Positions 28,670 through 38,760 are shown, counted from the first letter of the stretch. The stretch: 64,000 nucleotides of DNA from an uncultured Gammaproteobacteria bacterium (GCA_964583685.1 CAZOVJ010000002.1:45055-109054), one strand, 5' to 3'. Notes: generated by a model from the letters alone, not told the origin. A program made the numbers and translations.

Positions 28670-29239
28670 ATGAGAAACTCTCCTCCAATAGTTATTCTGT
28701 TTAATGGTCCTCCTGGAGTTGGCAAATCCACTATAGCGAAAGAATTAGCAAAAAAGTCAAGATACGGTGCTTTCACTGATGTTGATAGTTTGAGACACCA
28801 TATATTTGGTGGAGTCGTTAGTGCAAGAAACCAGAAAAAAGACACTAATGAGTTTGAAAGACAAAGACTACTTGCAGCCGATAATGTATCGTGCATGGCA
28901 AATAACTATGTTAGATATGGATTTAACTATTTTATTTCTGACTTGGTTAAGATACCTTCAGTCATTAAGAGGTATAGAAATCATTTTAAAGATATTAATT
29001 TCTATCATGTAATTTTGAGGGCCGACATAGAAGAATTAGAAAAACGTGATGCTTCAAGAACTGGTCTGAAATTGCACGGAAAAGAAGTGATAGAAAAAAT
29101 AAATAAAGAAATGCGTGAGCTCGACTATAGTGACTGTGTAACCATCGACACAACAAACAAAAGTGTTCAAGCAACGGTCAACCTCGTTCTCGAAAAGTTA
29201 GGACTTAATTTTAAAGACGGACAGTTTTACTCTAAGTAA
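28670..29239 (+). CDS. P-loop NTPase / small-molecule kinase-like protein
   Basis: Walker A GPPGVGKSTIAKELAKKS; size and layout similar to CPT/adenylate-kinase-like kinases. Confidence 0.55.
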   Translation: MRNSPPIVILFNGPPGVGKSTIAKELAKKSRYGAFTDVDSLRHHIFGGVVSARNQKKDTNEFERQRLLAADNVSCMANNYVRYGFNYFISDLVKIPSVIKRYRNHFKDINFYHVILRADIEELEKRDASRTGLKLHGKEVIEKINKEMRELDYSDCVTIDTTNKSVQATVNLVLEKLGLNFKDGQFYSK

Positions 29240-29358
29240 TAAAACTACGATATTAGGTCAAATTGAGGATTAACACAGGTTTGCTTGTTGTAAAATAGGT
29301 TCGAAGTCTGCCCCCTCCTTAGGCGGGCAGACATGGTTCGCAGCCTAAACTAAAATAA

Positions 29359-29766
29359 ATGAAGAGAATTTTACATAAACTTGGCTTGAGTCCGGATAAC
29401 TCTATCGTTATCGGCTCGGGTATTCTTGAAGCGCTTGGGATACGGAAAAGTAAAGATATAGATATCGTCGTGAATCAAGAGGCTTATGACTCTTTGAGAA
29501 AATCTGGACAGTTTAATGTCACAGAAAACCACGGCCGCGAAATCCTCCATGATGATAAATTTGAGATTGGAACAAGTTGGACTGTATTGGGCAAAACTTA
29601 CAGATTTAAGGATTTTATTGACGAATCAATAATTGTCGATGGTGTCAGATACATAACAATCAACTTTCTATACAGAGCAAAGAAGAGCTGGATTCGTAGA
29701 AAAAACGCTCGTCAGAAAGATATAGAAGACGTAAAGTTAATTGAGGCGTACCTGAGCAAATTATGA
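29359..29766 (+). CDS. Minimal nucleotidyltransferase (Pol-beta superfamily) domain protein
   Basis: GSGILEALG...SKDIDIVV resembles GSxxxG...SDxDL. Confidence 0.5.
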   Translation: MKRILHKLGLSPDNSIVIGSGILEALGIRKSKDIDIVVNQEAYDSLRKSGQFNVTENHGREILHDDKFEIGTSWTVLGKTYRFKDFIDESIIVDGVRYITINFLYRAKKSWIRRKNARQKDIEDVKLIEAYLSKL

Positions 29767-29775
29767 GAACCAGAA

Positions 29776-29873
29776 GGGTCTAGACCGTCCTGCTCAATTA
29801 GCTCGGATTAGGAACCCCAGGTTCGATGTCCAGATATGGGACTGGAAGGGCCCAGACCGACAAGCTCAGCCAG
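29776..29873 (+). repeat. Island repeat: two R subunits
   Basis: gggtctagaccgtcctgctcaattagctcggattaggaaccccaggttcgatgtccagatatgggactggaagggcccagaccgacaagctcagcc. Confidence 0.8.
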
Positions 29874-29884
29874 CATAAACATAA

Positions 29885-30616
29885 ATGAATATCTCACAGC
29901 AAGTCAATACCATTGGTAACGCGTTTATGGACAGCCTCAAAAAAATCTTGGGTAAAAAACTGTATGGAGTATATATTTACGGAGCCGCAGCTTTCCCAGA
30001 TAAATTACCTACGGGAGATATCGACTTCCATGTCATTTTAACAAGAAGTCTTACAGAAAACGAAAAACTGCAGCTGGAAAAGCTTCACGAGTCTATTGCC
30101 CAAAGATTTCCGCCGCTTGGAGGAGAGCTCGATGGTTATTACATCCTCTTAAAAGATACTGTTAAGAAGGTCCCACCCAAAAGTCAAATGTGGAAACGAG
30201 CAACTGATACTTCATGGGCCCTACATCGTGAGCATATTTTAGCGGGCAGGTGTATTGTTTTTTACGGACCTGATCCAAAAGAGATATACCAGCCTGCCGA
30301 GTGGTCAGAGATTGAAACTGCACTATATGGCGAGTTGGACTTTGTTGAAAAAAATCTTCAAAATTACCCGGATTATTGCATTCTTAACCTCTGTCGCTTG
30401 ATTTATAGCTTTGAGACAAAAGACGTTGTTATTTCAAAAGACAAAGCATCTGAGTGGGCCATTAAAGCCCTACCTCAATGGAAAGAACTTATTAAACTCG
30501 CAAGAAAGTCATACGAACACCGGGCATCGCAGAAAGACAAAGAGTTCATGAGTTCTGAGGTTGGAAAATTTCTTGAATTTGCGAAAAAGCGCGTTCAATC
30601 TCAAACGAAAGAATAA
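29885..30616 (+). CDS. ANT/AadA-like nucleotidyltransferase (nucleotidyltransferase plus DUF4111-like C-terminal domain)
   Basis: GVYIYGAAAFPDKLPTGDIDFHVIL parallels AadA LYGSAVDGGLKPHSDIDLLV; length 243 aa. Confidence 0.55.
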   Translation: MNISQQVNTIGNAFMDSLKKILGKKLYGVYIYGAAAFPDKLPTGDIDFHVILTRSLTENEKLQLEKLHESIAQRFPPLGGELDGYYILLKDTVKKVPPKSQMWKRATDTSWALHREHILAGRCIVFYGPDPKEIYQPAEWSEIETALYGELDFVEKNLQNYPDYCILNLCRLIYSFETKDVVISKDKASEWAIKALPQWKELIKLARKSYEHRASQKDKEFMSSEVGKFLEFAKKRVQSQTKE

Positions 30617-30632
30617 AATTGTATATAGGCCT

Positions 30633-30658
30633 AAAAGTTCTAGACCGATCTGGTCAGC
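30633..30658 (+). repeat. Island repeat R-module (short)
   Basis: aagttctagaccgatctggtcagc. Confidence 0.6.
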
Positions 30659-30678
30659 AAAACAAAGTCTTTTTAAAT

Positions 30679-31428
30679 TTAGGCCTCAATTCTAGAAAAA
30701 AGATAGCTTCCAATTAATAACAAAATAATCCCAACAATACTTAACACCGAGACATCTGTTGTTAACCCAAAATGAGTGGTGCCTACCAAAACCTGCCTAA
30801 GGCCATCGACTCCGTAAGTTAATGGGTTGATATAGGAAACAACTTGGATTAGTCTGGGAACATTATTTAGCGGGAAAATGGCTCCCGATAAGAAAAAGGT
30901 AGGCATAACCAAAAAATTCATAATTAGCTGGAAGCCATGAAAATCTTTCATTAAGGAAGCAATTGCTGTTCCTAAAGCGCTGAATAGAAGGGCAACTAAA
31001 AACATCAAGCAAACTGCGAGAGGAATTATGGTAAGACTTTTAGGCTTAAATCCCACTAATAAAGTCAAGAGGAGGACTATAAGGCCCTGAAAAGTGGCAA
31101 CTGTTGCCCCGCCGAGTACTCTACCTAGAACAACCTCCAATCTTGAGACAGGGGCGACTAAGGTTGCTTTTAGAAAACCAAATTGTCTGTCCCAAATAAG
31201 TTCTATTCCCGAAAAGACAGCCATAAATAAGATTGCCTGACTTATAACACCAGGGGTTAGGAAGTTAATATAATTGCCACCACCGGCTTTTTCAAACACT
31301 GGCCCCAAACCAAAACCCAAAGCCACCAAAAACAAAAGCGGTTGGCCGATAGAGCCGATAATTCGAGATTTTGACCGCCAATATCTCTTAATCTGCCTCA
31401 ACCACATAATGTAAATAATATTAATCAT
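30679..31428 (-). CDS. ABC-2 type transporter permease
   Basis: 6-TM ABC-2 architecture; translationally coupled to the upstream ATPase. Confidence 0.7.
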   Translation of the reverse strand: MINIIYIMWLRQIKRYWRSKSRIIGSIGQPLLFLVALGFGLGPVFEKAGGGNYINFLTPGVISQAILFMAVFSGIELIWDRQFGFLKATLVAPVSRLEVVLGRVLGGATVATFQGLIVLLLTLLVGFKPKSLTIIPLAVCLMFLVALLFSALGTAIASLMKDFHGFQLIMNFLVMPTFFLSGAIFPLNNVPRLIQVVSYINPLTYGVDGLRQVLVGTTHFGLTTDVSVLSIVGIILLLIGSYLFSRIEA

Positions 31429-32243
31429 CTTTGTCTTCTCCTAAATCTATTCATTCTTAGTCTCGCTCTATCTTGTATACCAGCATTCTCTTCTCTAATA
31501 GTTTTACCGGTTAAAGCCAAGTAGGCGGATTCTAAAGTTTTAGTTTTGGTTTCTTTTTTGAGAGATTCCGTTCTTCCTTGGGCAATAATCTTGCCGTGAT
31601 CGATAATAGCGATAGTTTTGGCCATTTTTTCTGCCTCTTCCATATAATGGGTAGTAAAGAAAATAGTTGTTTGATATTTTTTGTTCAACTGTTTTATATG
31701 GTCCCAAATTTTATGTCTGGTTTGGGGGTCAAGTCCCAAAGTTGGCTCGTCTAGAAAAAGTAGTTTTGGATGATGGAGTAAGCCTCTGGCAATCTCGAGC
31801 CTTCTTCTCATCCCCCCAGAATAAGTTTTAACTAAATTATTCTTCCGGTTCCACAAATCAACAATTTCCAAGAGATCCTGGATTCTTTTTTTTCTTGTTT
31901 TTTTAGGAATTTTATACAGGACGCCATGGAATTCCATATTTTCATAAGCAGTCAACTCATCGTCTAAACTAGAATCTTGGAAAACAATTCCGAAGGACTT
32001 TCTCACCTCGTCTTGCTGGCTTAACGGGTCAAAACCGTTGACTAGCATCTGTCCTTCTGTTGACCTCAAAAGGGTAGTCAACATTCTGATAGTAGTTGTT
32101 TTACCAGCGCCATTGGGTCCAAGAAAGGCAAATATATCTCCTTTTTTTACTTCAAAAGAAATATTGTCAACGGCAACAAGACTATTGAACCTCCTGGTTA
32201 AGCTGTTAACCTTAATGATTGGCTGTTGTTTTTTATCAGACAT
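31425..32243 (-). CDS. ABC transporter ATP-binding protein. The start is taken at MSDKKQQPII (32243); the ORF track extends it to 32333.
   Basis: Walker A GPNGAGKTT and LSGG-type signature YSGGMRRR. Confidence 0.75.
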   Translation of the reverse strand: MSDKKQQPIIKVNSLTRRFNSLVAVDNISFEVKKGDIFAFLGPNGAGKTTTIRMLTTLLRSTEGQMLVNGFDPLSQQDEVRKSFGIVFQDSSLDDELTAYENMEFHGVLYKIPKKTRKKRIQDLLEIVDLWNRKNNLVKTYSGGMRRRLEIARGLLHHPKLLFLDEPTLGLDPQTRHKIWDHIKQLNKKYQTTIFFTTHYMEEAEKMAKTIAIIDHGKIIAQGRTESLKKETKTKTLESAYLALTGKTIREENAGIQDRARLRMNRFRRRQR

Positions 32244-32364
32244 ATTTTCTATAGAGAACGTTATAATTATAGAAGCAGGTTCTAGCTTTGTCCACAGTTC
32301 GCAGCAAAGAAATTTGGCCTTGAAAATTATCATCTAACTAGGCTGTTCGAACCCTCAGGATGTT

Positions 32365-33147
32365 ATGAAAAATTTAAGAAAATATGGAAAAGCCCCTTAC
32401 AACATTGTTGTTGTTCATGGAGGTCCTGGTGCACTTGGAGAAATGGCCCCTGTAGCTAGACATCTATCAAAGAAACAAGGAGTATTGGAACCGCTTCAAA
32501 CAAGGAATTCTATTAAAGAACAAGTTCTAGAACTCAAAACCATCATTGAAAAAAATGCCCAATTGCCAGTTACGCTTATTGGTTGGTCATGGGGTGCTTG
32601 GTTAAGTCTTATACTAACAGCAAAATATCCAAAATTAGTAAAGAAATTAATTCTCGTTAGCAGTGGTCCATTTGAGGTCAAATATGCAAAGCGGATAATG
32701 AATACTAGAATGAGCAGGCTTACAGAAGAAAAAAGAAAAAAGCTAAATTCTTTATTCGCCAATTTAGAAGATTTAAAAAAGAATGAGCAAAAATCTGCAT
32801 TTGATGAAATTGGAAGACTAATAAACAAAGCTGACTCTTTTAGTCTTATTCCCTATAAGAATGAAGTAATAAAAACACAGCCAGAAATTTATGAAAGAGT
32901 ATGGAGTGAGGCAAGTAAATTACGAAAAAATGGTAGTTTACTTGGGCTGGGAAAAAATATTCGCTGTTCAGTAGTAGCCATTCACGGAGATTTTGACCCG
33001 CATCCTGCAGAAGGGGTTGAGCTACCCTTGAAAAAAGTAATAAAAAACTTCCGATTTATTTTGCTGAATAAATGCGGACACCATCCTTGGTATGAAAGGT
33101 ATACGAAAGACGAATTTTATAGCCTTTTAATAAAAGAGGTGTCCTGA
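32365..33147 (+). CDS. Alpha/beta hydrolase (prolyl-aminopeptidase-like)
   Basis: HGGPG oxyanion motif and nucleophile elbow GWSWG. Confidence 0.65.
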   Translation: MKNLRKYGKAPYNIVVVHGGPGALGEMAPVARHLSKKQGVLEPLQTRNSIKEQVLELKTIIEKNAQLPVTLIGWSWGAWLSLILTAKYPKLVKKLILVSSGPFEVKYAKRIMNTRMSRLTEEKRKKLNSLFANLEDLKKNEQKSAFDEIGRLINKADSFSLIPYKNEVIKTQPEIYERVWSEASKLRKNGSLLGLGKNIRCSVVAIHGDFDPHPAEGVELPLKKVIKNFRFILLNKCGHHPWYERYTKDEFYSLLIKEVS

Positions 33148-33353
33148 ATTAAAAACTATAATTAAAGGCAGGAATTTCAATAAAATTTGAAATAAAATAG
33201 GTTCGATCAAAAAATAGCCCAAGTCAAGAAAAAAAGGGGCAGGCCGTGTGTGTAGTTATTGGTAGCGCTAGTGGATATAAAGAAGCGGTCGGTCAATGGT
33301 TTCCGCCCGAGCCTGATACGAAGGATGTTGAAGTAAAATGCGGTGTTCTAGAG

Positions 33354-33467
33354 TAATTTTATAAGGATAGAAAGGGACTAGACCGGGAAGCTCAATTAGC
33401 TCGGATTAGGAACCCCAGGTTCGATGTCCAGATATGGGACTGGAAGGGCCCAGACCGACAAGCTCAG
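33354..33467 (+). repeat. Island repeat: R-module with two subunits
   Basis: ttataaggatagaaagggactagaccgggaagctcaattagctcggattaggaaccccaggttcgatgtccagatatgggactggaagggcccagaccgacaagctcag. Confidence 0.8.
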
Positions 33468-33494
33468 TCAGTTACAAAACAGATTCCATAAATA

Positions 33495-33932
33495 ATGAAT
33501 AAAAAAATTGCTGTTTTAATATTTATTGACCATGAAGGAAACTTACTCCTTCAGGAAAGGGGTAATTATTCAAAGGCGGGAGAAAAGCATGGCTATTTTG
33601 GGGGAAACATTGAAAATGGAGAAAAACCCAAAGACGCATTAATAAGGGAGTTGAAAGAAGAATTGGGCTATATTCCTGATAATATTAAGTTCTGGAAAAA
33701 AGTTGATTTTTTGTGCACAGCAGAAGGAAAGTATAATAATTTCGGAGTTACTATTTATATATTTATTAGCCCTTTAACCAAAAAATTGGAGGATATTAAA
33801 GTATATGAGGGTGAAGACAAGATAATGACTACTCTTGACGAAGAGTTAAAAAGTCATAATATCATTGGTGGATACGAAATTGTTCTCAAGGAAATAAAAA
33901 ACCATTTTGCTGAGGTGTTGAAGTTGCTTTAA
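33495..33932 (+). CDS. NUDIX hydrolase (third copy, divergent)
   Basis: Nudix box GGNIENGEKPKDALIRELKEELG. Confidence 0.75.
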   Translation: MNKKIAVLIFIDHEGNLLLQERGNYSKAGEKHGYFGGNIENGEKPKDALIRELKEELGYIPDNIKFWKKVDFLCTAEGKYNNFGVTIYIFISPLTKKLEDIKVYEGEDKIMTTLDEELKSHNIIGGYEIVLKEIKNHFAEVLKLL

Positions 33933-33942
33933 AGTTATAGGC

Positions 33943-33980
33943 AATACAGATAACGAGGTTCTAGACTAACCTGCTACCAA
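33943..33980 (+). repeat. Island repeat R-module (degenerate)
   Basis: gttataggcaatacagataacgaggttctagactaacctgctacc. Confidence 0.6.
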
Positions 33981-34019
33981 TCGTTGTGTCTCCATCAGAT
34001 ATAATTAATTTTTCCTTTC

Positions 34020-34298
34020 TTATTTCCTTATTCTTTTTATCTCTTTACTGCTGTATCCTGGACCCATCCACGTCATTATATCGATAGGAACACCATTTGT
34101 AACTACTTTGTCAGCGCAATGATCGCAAAATGGCAATCTATCTCCACAACAAACTACCGTACAACCCTGCCTTACTTCGTTTAAAGGCAATCCGTTCCTC
34201 GAACACCTCCACTGATTATCTAAAATTATGGGGTGATTTACATCAATGGCACCTGGAATCTCTCCCTCTCCACCAAGATTTATAACTATCTCTTTCAT
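34020..34298 (-). CDS. Hypothetical Cys-rich small protein (92 aa)
   Basis: ORF; CCGDRLPFCDHC cysteine cluster. Confidence 0.35.
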   Translation of the reverse strand: MKEIVINLGGEGEIPGAIDVNHPIILDNQWRCSRNGLPLNEVRQGCTVVCCGDRLPFCDHCADKVVTNGVPIDIMTWMGPGYSSKEIKRIRK

Positions 34299-34409
34299 TG
34301 CGGCAATTATATCCTATAGATTTAATGATAACAAGCACTTTATTCTAGAATCTTGTTTAATTTGCCGTTTTTACCTTATAGTAGTTTTAAAGAGGAAGGA
34401 TTCCTTTTA

Positions 34410-34448
34410 AGTTAAAATGACAGAAGGGTTCCAGACCGACATGCTCAG
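34410..34448 (+). repeat. Island repeat R-module
   Basis: gttaaaatgacagaagggttccagaccgacatgctcagc. Confidence 0.65.
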
Positions 34449-34620
34449 CTGAAATTCTAGCAATCGTTGACTGAGAGTGATATAATTTAGTTGTATGGAA
34501 GCAATCGCCAATCAATAAAGCGATTGCCTGGTAAGAGAATCTTGTTTCTTCGGAGCAGTAAAGATCTACAGACAGTCGCTTCATTTAGGCAGAGATGCTC
34601 CCTTAGAAGGGGTGAAAATA

Positions 34621-34860
34621 ATGTCAAATTATCACGTTACAAAAAACGACGATGGAAGTTGGAATGCCAAAAAGGCAGGTGCAGACAGGGTGTCTGGAAT
34701 TTACTCCACCCAAAGAAAGGCTGAGAAAGAGGCAAAGAGGTTTTCTGCAAGCTCTGGGGGCGGGGAGGTGAGAATTCATGGATTGGATGGGAAAATCAGA
34801 GATAGTGACACGGTAACACCAGGAAGAAACCCATTTCCACCAAGAGACAGGAAACATTAA
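34621..34860 (+). CDS. DUF2188 family protein. The ATG at 34621 has an RBS aggggtg; the ORF track uses a GTG at 34612.
   Basis: MSNYHVTKNDDGSWNAKKAGADRVSGIYSTQRKAEKEAKR fits the DUF2188 consensus. Confidence 0.6.
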   Translation: MSNYHVTKNDDGSWNAKKAGADRVSGIYSTQRKAEKEAKRFSASSGGGEVRIHGLDGKIRDSDTVTPGRNPFPPRDRKH

Positions 34861-34865
34861 CTACA

Positions 34866-35126
34866 ATGTTAACAAAAGAAAAAAGACAAAGTTTGTCTGA
34901 GGCAGAAAAACATGCTTCGACTGGTACTGCTCACAACAAACAACTTATTTCTATTCAGGCAGATACTATTCTGTCTGTTGATGATCTTGAGAGAGAAGTG
35001 ATTAAATTGAGAAAAACAATCGTTTTTCTCAATAGTGAAAACAACAATCTTCAGAAAAGATTGGCTTTGCTTACAATAGTGACGGTTTTTTTAACAATAG
35101 TGCAAGTAATCAAAATATTCGTTTAG
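34866..35126 (+). CDS. Hypothetical coiled-coil protein with a C-terminal TM helix
   Basis: ORF. Confidence 0.35.
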   Translation: MLTKEKRQSLSEAEKHASTGTAHNKQLISIQADTILSVDDLEREVIKLRKTIVFLNSENNNLQKRLALLTIVTVFLTIVQVIKIFV

Positions 35127-35165
35127 TCTGGATAAACTCTTGTGATTACTGTCCAGGTTTGACTA

Positions 35166-35204
35166 GATATGGGATTGAACGGGTCTAGACCGGGGAGTTC
35201 AGCC
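35166..35204 (+). repeat. Island repeat R-module
   Basis: atatgggattgaacgggtctagaccggggagttcagcc. Confidence 0.6.
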
Positions 35205-35216
35205 CAGCAGCTCACT

Positions 35217-35890
35217 TCATCTTAGTTTGTCGGGTAAGGCTATTCGAAACGAAGAGACTTCCCAAGGTCTGTCTTTAAATGTTCCTGCCTTCTTGAACTC
35301 TTCAATGAAATCGAAATATTCGAAAAAACCCCAAGGGGCCTCGTGAAGTTGATTATCTGTCGTCAATACATAAGCTTTAATCAAATACTGGATTGGCAAC
35401 CATCCCCGTTGAAGTAGGGCAAGGGAAGTTTCCTCGTCAAAAGGCTCATTCCACATCTGGCGAAAAAATTTGAGGGGGGGTCTTTCACTTGAGCAACATA
35501 ACCTGTTAACGGTCTGAATGTTTCGGCGTCTTCAAGAAATCGTTCTTCAAAATCAGGGATAACTTCTTTTACTTGGTTCTTGAGAGCATTCCAGCCTTCT
35601 TGTGGGTTCTGAACAGAGAATAATCTTCCTTCACCAACAATAAACAAAGCGGCTCCAAATTTTGTTATTGTGAAGAGTTCTGGGCGTTCTTGATAGTCGT
35701 CTGCAGAATACGTACGTTCGTTGTCAATATATGATACTTGTCCTCCATGGAGAACTTCTTCCATAACCTCCATTTCTCTAAGAGCTTTATTCCCTTTTGG
35801 GCTAGAAAGGAAAGTATTGGCTTTTTCGTAGAGATGAAGAATTTCATGATTACTTAGCAGTTGTTCGCTGCCCGTCAGTAATTCCCTCAT
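35217..35890 (-). pseudogene. Hypothetical gene split into two overlapping ORFs (35381-35890 and 35217-35456); the frameshift is at or near a G7/C7 homopolymer (35474-35480)
   Basis: Two same-strand ORFs overlap by 76 bp; the 7-nt homopolymer gaggggggg sits just upstream of the junction. Confidence 0.5.
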
Positions 35891-36087
35891 TTAGCCTCGC
35901 ATTCTACGCCTTAAACAATAATTAGTAAAGAGTATCATTCCCCTATATAGATACCTCTAGGAGTTATAAAAGTTATTTAAAATTGCAGAAAGGTTGGAAC
36001 AACGCAGGGCTCAGTATTTGTGATAAAAAAAGTTCGAAGTCTGTCCCCTCCATAGACGGGCAGGCACTGTTCGCAGCAAGCTAAAAA

Positions 36088-36366
36088 ATGGGCGTTAAAA
36101 AGAACTGGTCTGGTTACGTTACAAAGAATAGTATTGCCCTTGATTTAGAGGAAGGTGTTTTCACTTGGGATGATCCAGGGCAGATTGCTGCTTCTCTTAA
36201 ACAATCAGCGGAAAACAGCTCAAGACGCAGGGCCTCTCCTTTTCAATCAGCCATGTCAATGTTGAATTTTTATATCAACCGGGCAGGAAAAAGACTGCCG
36301 CCGGAGAGAAGAAAAACTTTGGAACAGGCAAAAGTCGAATTACGAAAACTTTTTCAAAAATATTGA
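36088..36366 (+). CDS. DUF3175 family protein
   Basis: WSGYVTKNS...LDLEEGVF...SAENSSRRRASPFQSAMSMLNFYINRAG fits DUF3175. Confidence 0.55.
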   Translation: MGVKKNWSGYVTKNSIALDLEEGVFTWDDPGQIAASLKQSAENSSRRRASPFQSAMSMLNFYINRAGKRLPPERRKTLEQAKVELRKLFQKY

Positions 36367-36391
36367 ACGGGTCTAAACCGACCTGCTCAGC
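36366..36391 (+). repeat. Island repeat R-module (short)
   Basis: gaacgggtctaaaccgacctgctcagc. Confidence 0.6.
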
Positions 36392-36553
36392 TAGATTGGA
36401 AATCTTGGAACTCCTCCAGCCTAAAATCCCGTGAGTTCGCATATTTCTTTCATTAAAGCCCAATAAGATGTATAATATTGCTTGTTGCCTGCTTTAGGAT
36501 TCTTCTTTTCTCCCTAAAGGAAATATTATTGTTTTATCTGTGAAAGTTATTTT

Positions 36554-37726
36554 ATGAATCAAGTTACCAATTTTGACGTATTAATTGTTTACTCTGAAAA
36601 ACTCGCTAACAGTGCGAGTTCTGTGTCTGGAGACATCACCGCGCCTTTTCCTAAAGAGTCTAATAACGAAAGTTACAATTTAGTTTATGGTTACTTTCTA
36701 AAAACCTGTCGAAAAAATAAATTAAAAGCAGCCTTCACTACATCTGCTGATATTATTGGTGCTGGTTTAGTCAGAAGTTATTGGCTTTTCGAAAATAAAA
36801 CTTGGATAAAGATCCGAAAAACAGGCTTTTCTAAAATGATTTTTGACAAATTCTCCCCAACGAGTAAAAGCAGAAAAATGAAGCGTAATTTGCTTTTTTC
36901 TTCAAAACGAATCAGGCCGTTTAACGATCCATACCTTTTTGACCTTTGTTTTGATAAACAGAAAACCTATAAAATGCTAAATAATTTTTCTATACCCACA
37001 GTAACAATAGAAGATAGTACGAGACAAGGTGTTATAAAGGCGCAAAAGCTCCTAAAGGAAAAAATAGCCAAACATAAAAACAGAAGCGACTTCTCAGAAG
37101 AGGTGGTAATGAAGGATAGATTTGGAGCTGGCGGGTTAAATGTTTACAAATTCGGTAACGACCAGACTGAAATGATGATTGCCTCAGTAAAAAAGTATAA
37201 AAGTGTATCTTTTATCATCCAACCCTTTGTGAAATTTGATAAAGGTTTCAGCATTCAAAACTCTTCCAGATCAACCGACATAAGGCTGATATATTTAGGA
37301 CAAAAAATTGTTCAAACATACATAAGAATTGCCAAAAAAGGAGATTTTAGATGCAATGAGCACGCAGGTGGATTGCTAAAATATATATCCAAAAGCGAAG
37401 TTCCCTTGGAAATAACAGCGGTTTCTAAAAGTATAGCCAATACCTTGAATAAAAAGTCTTCGTTGTTTGCTCTTGATTTCATCGCGAGCAATGACGGTAA
37501 TATTTATCTTCTGGAAGCAAATACTGGACCGGGGTTGGATTGGAATTTATCAATCAAGGAAAACGAAATCGAAGCTAAGAAACTAATGAGAATAATTATA
37601 AAAGAAATAGTTAGACGGATTAGCTCGTCAAACAATACTTCTGAAAGAAAAGCTGTAGTAGCTACAGTAAATACTCCTATGATCAGCGAGTACCCAGTAT
37701 CACCAAATATATTAACAACGACATAA
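36554..37726 (+). CDS. ATP-grasp fold ligase (390 aa)
   Basis: VMKDRFGAGGLNVYKF (Gly-rich loop) and LLEANTGPGLDW (E-x-N catalytic region). Confidence 0.5.
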   Translation: MNQVTNFDVLIVYSEKLANSASSVSGDITAPFPKESNNESYNLVYGYFLKTCRKNKLKAAFTTSADIIGAGLVRSYWLFENKTWIKIRKTGFSKMIFDKFSPTSKSRKMKRNLLFSSKRIRPFNDPYLFDLCFDKQKTYKMLNNFSIPTVTIEDSTRQGVIKAQKLLKEKIAKHKNRSDFSEEVVMKDRFGAGGLNVYKFGNDQTEMMIASVKKYKSVSFIIQPFVKFDKGFSIQNSSRSTDIRLIYLGQKIVQTYIRIAKKGDFRCNEHAGGLLKYISKSEVPLEITAVSKSIANTLNKKSSLFALDFIASNDGNIYLLEANTGPGLDWNLSIKENEIEAKKLMRIIIKEIVRRISSSNNTSERKAVVATVNTPMISEYPVSPNILTTT

Positions 37727-37761
37727 ACTACTTAATTTTTATTAGTAGCTTGACACGTCTC

Positions 37762-37860
37762 CTTTTGTATACTGTCTTATTTATCTTATTCAGCCTCAGT
37801 TGTGATACACTCGGAGTAAGCAACTGTGGGCTCGAAGGGTTCTAGACCGATCTAGTCAGC
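37762..37860 (+). repeat. Island repeat: compact L+R element
   Basis: cttttgtatactgtcttatttatcttattcagcctcagttgtgatacactcggagtaagcaactgtgggctcgaagggttctagaccgatctagtcagc. Confidence 0.75.
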
Positions 37861-37931
37861 ACCAACTTCTCCTCAAGATAACTCTCATCCACCCTGGACG
37901 GTTAGAACCTAAAGATTATATCATGTAAGTA

Positions 37932-38760
37932 ATGAAATTAACTGTTTTAGTTGACAACAATACGTTTACAGATGAACATTTTTTAGGAGAACCTGGGTTG
38001 TGTTATTGGATAGAAACAGATGGCAAGAAGATTTTGTTTGATACGGGTTTTTCAGATGTTTATCTTAAAAATGCCAAAAAACTAAATATTGATTTATCTA
38101 ACACAGATTGCATTGTTCTAAGTCATGGCCACAATGACCATACAACCGGTCTGAAGAGCTTCCCCCATTCTTCTAAGAAAATTGATTTAATTTCTCATCC
38201 AGATTGTCTTTTTGCCTAAATATCTATCAGACGATTACTATATCGGTTCACCAGTTTCTAAAAAAGAAGCCGGTAAAAACTTCAACTATATTCAATCAAA
38301 AACACCCTATTTCATAACCCAAAATATTGCTTTTCTGGGAGAGATAAAAGAAAATTATGGTTTTGAGAAAAGAAAACCGATTGGTTTTATTATTAGAAAT
38401 AATGAGAAAGAAGACGACCTGTTATTTGATGATTCTGCATTAGCGGTTAGAACAAAAAGGGGTGTAGTAGTTGTGACAGGCTGTTCTCACTCTGGAATCT
38501 GCAATATTGTGGCAACAGCAAAAACGGTCTTTAATGTCAAAAATGTATACTCTGTTATTGGAGGATTCCATCTTAGAGGAAAATATAAAAAAAGACTAAC
38601 AAAGACAGTAGAAGTATTAAAGAAAGAAGTAAATGGACCTATTTACCCTGCTCATTGTTCAGATTTTAAAGCTAAATGTTTTCTCGCAAAACATTTAAGA
38701 ACAGAAGAAGTTTTTGTGAGTAAAATTATCAAGGCCGATGTGATCGAGCTAAGGAGATGA
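37932..38760 (+). pseudogene. MBL-fold metallo-hydrolase split by a frameshift near 38212-38219 (ORFs 37932-38219 and 38212-38760)
   Basis: HGHNDH motif in the first ORF, and the MBL C-terminal half (VVVTGCSHSG...GGFHL) in the second. They are adjacent, on the same strand, and 8 bp of reading frame overlaps. Confidence 0.55.

Noticed and set aside
33230-33350. GC-rich patch that looked tRNA-like (ggccgtgtgtgtagttattggtagcgctagtgg...)
   Set aside because: I could not fold it into a cloverleaf with an acceptor stem or a T-loop. It may be a small RNA or part of the repeat R-module leader; it is left uncalled.
16673-33467. CRISPR array
   Set aside because: Repeat subunits are 59-71 bp. They are not separated by unique spacers of regular length. 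They are scattered between genes over 33 kb, and no cas genes are present.
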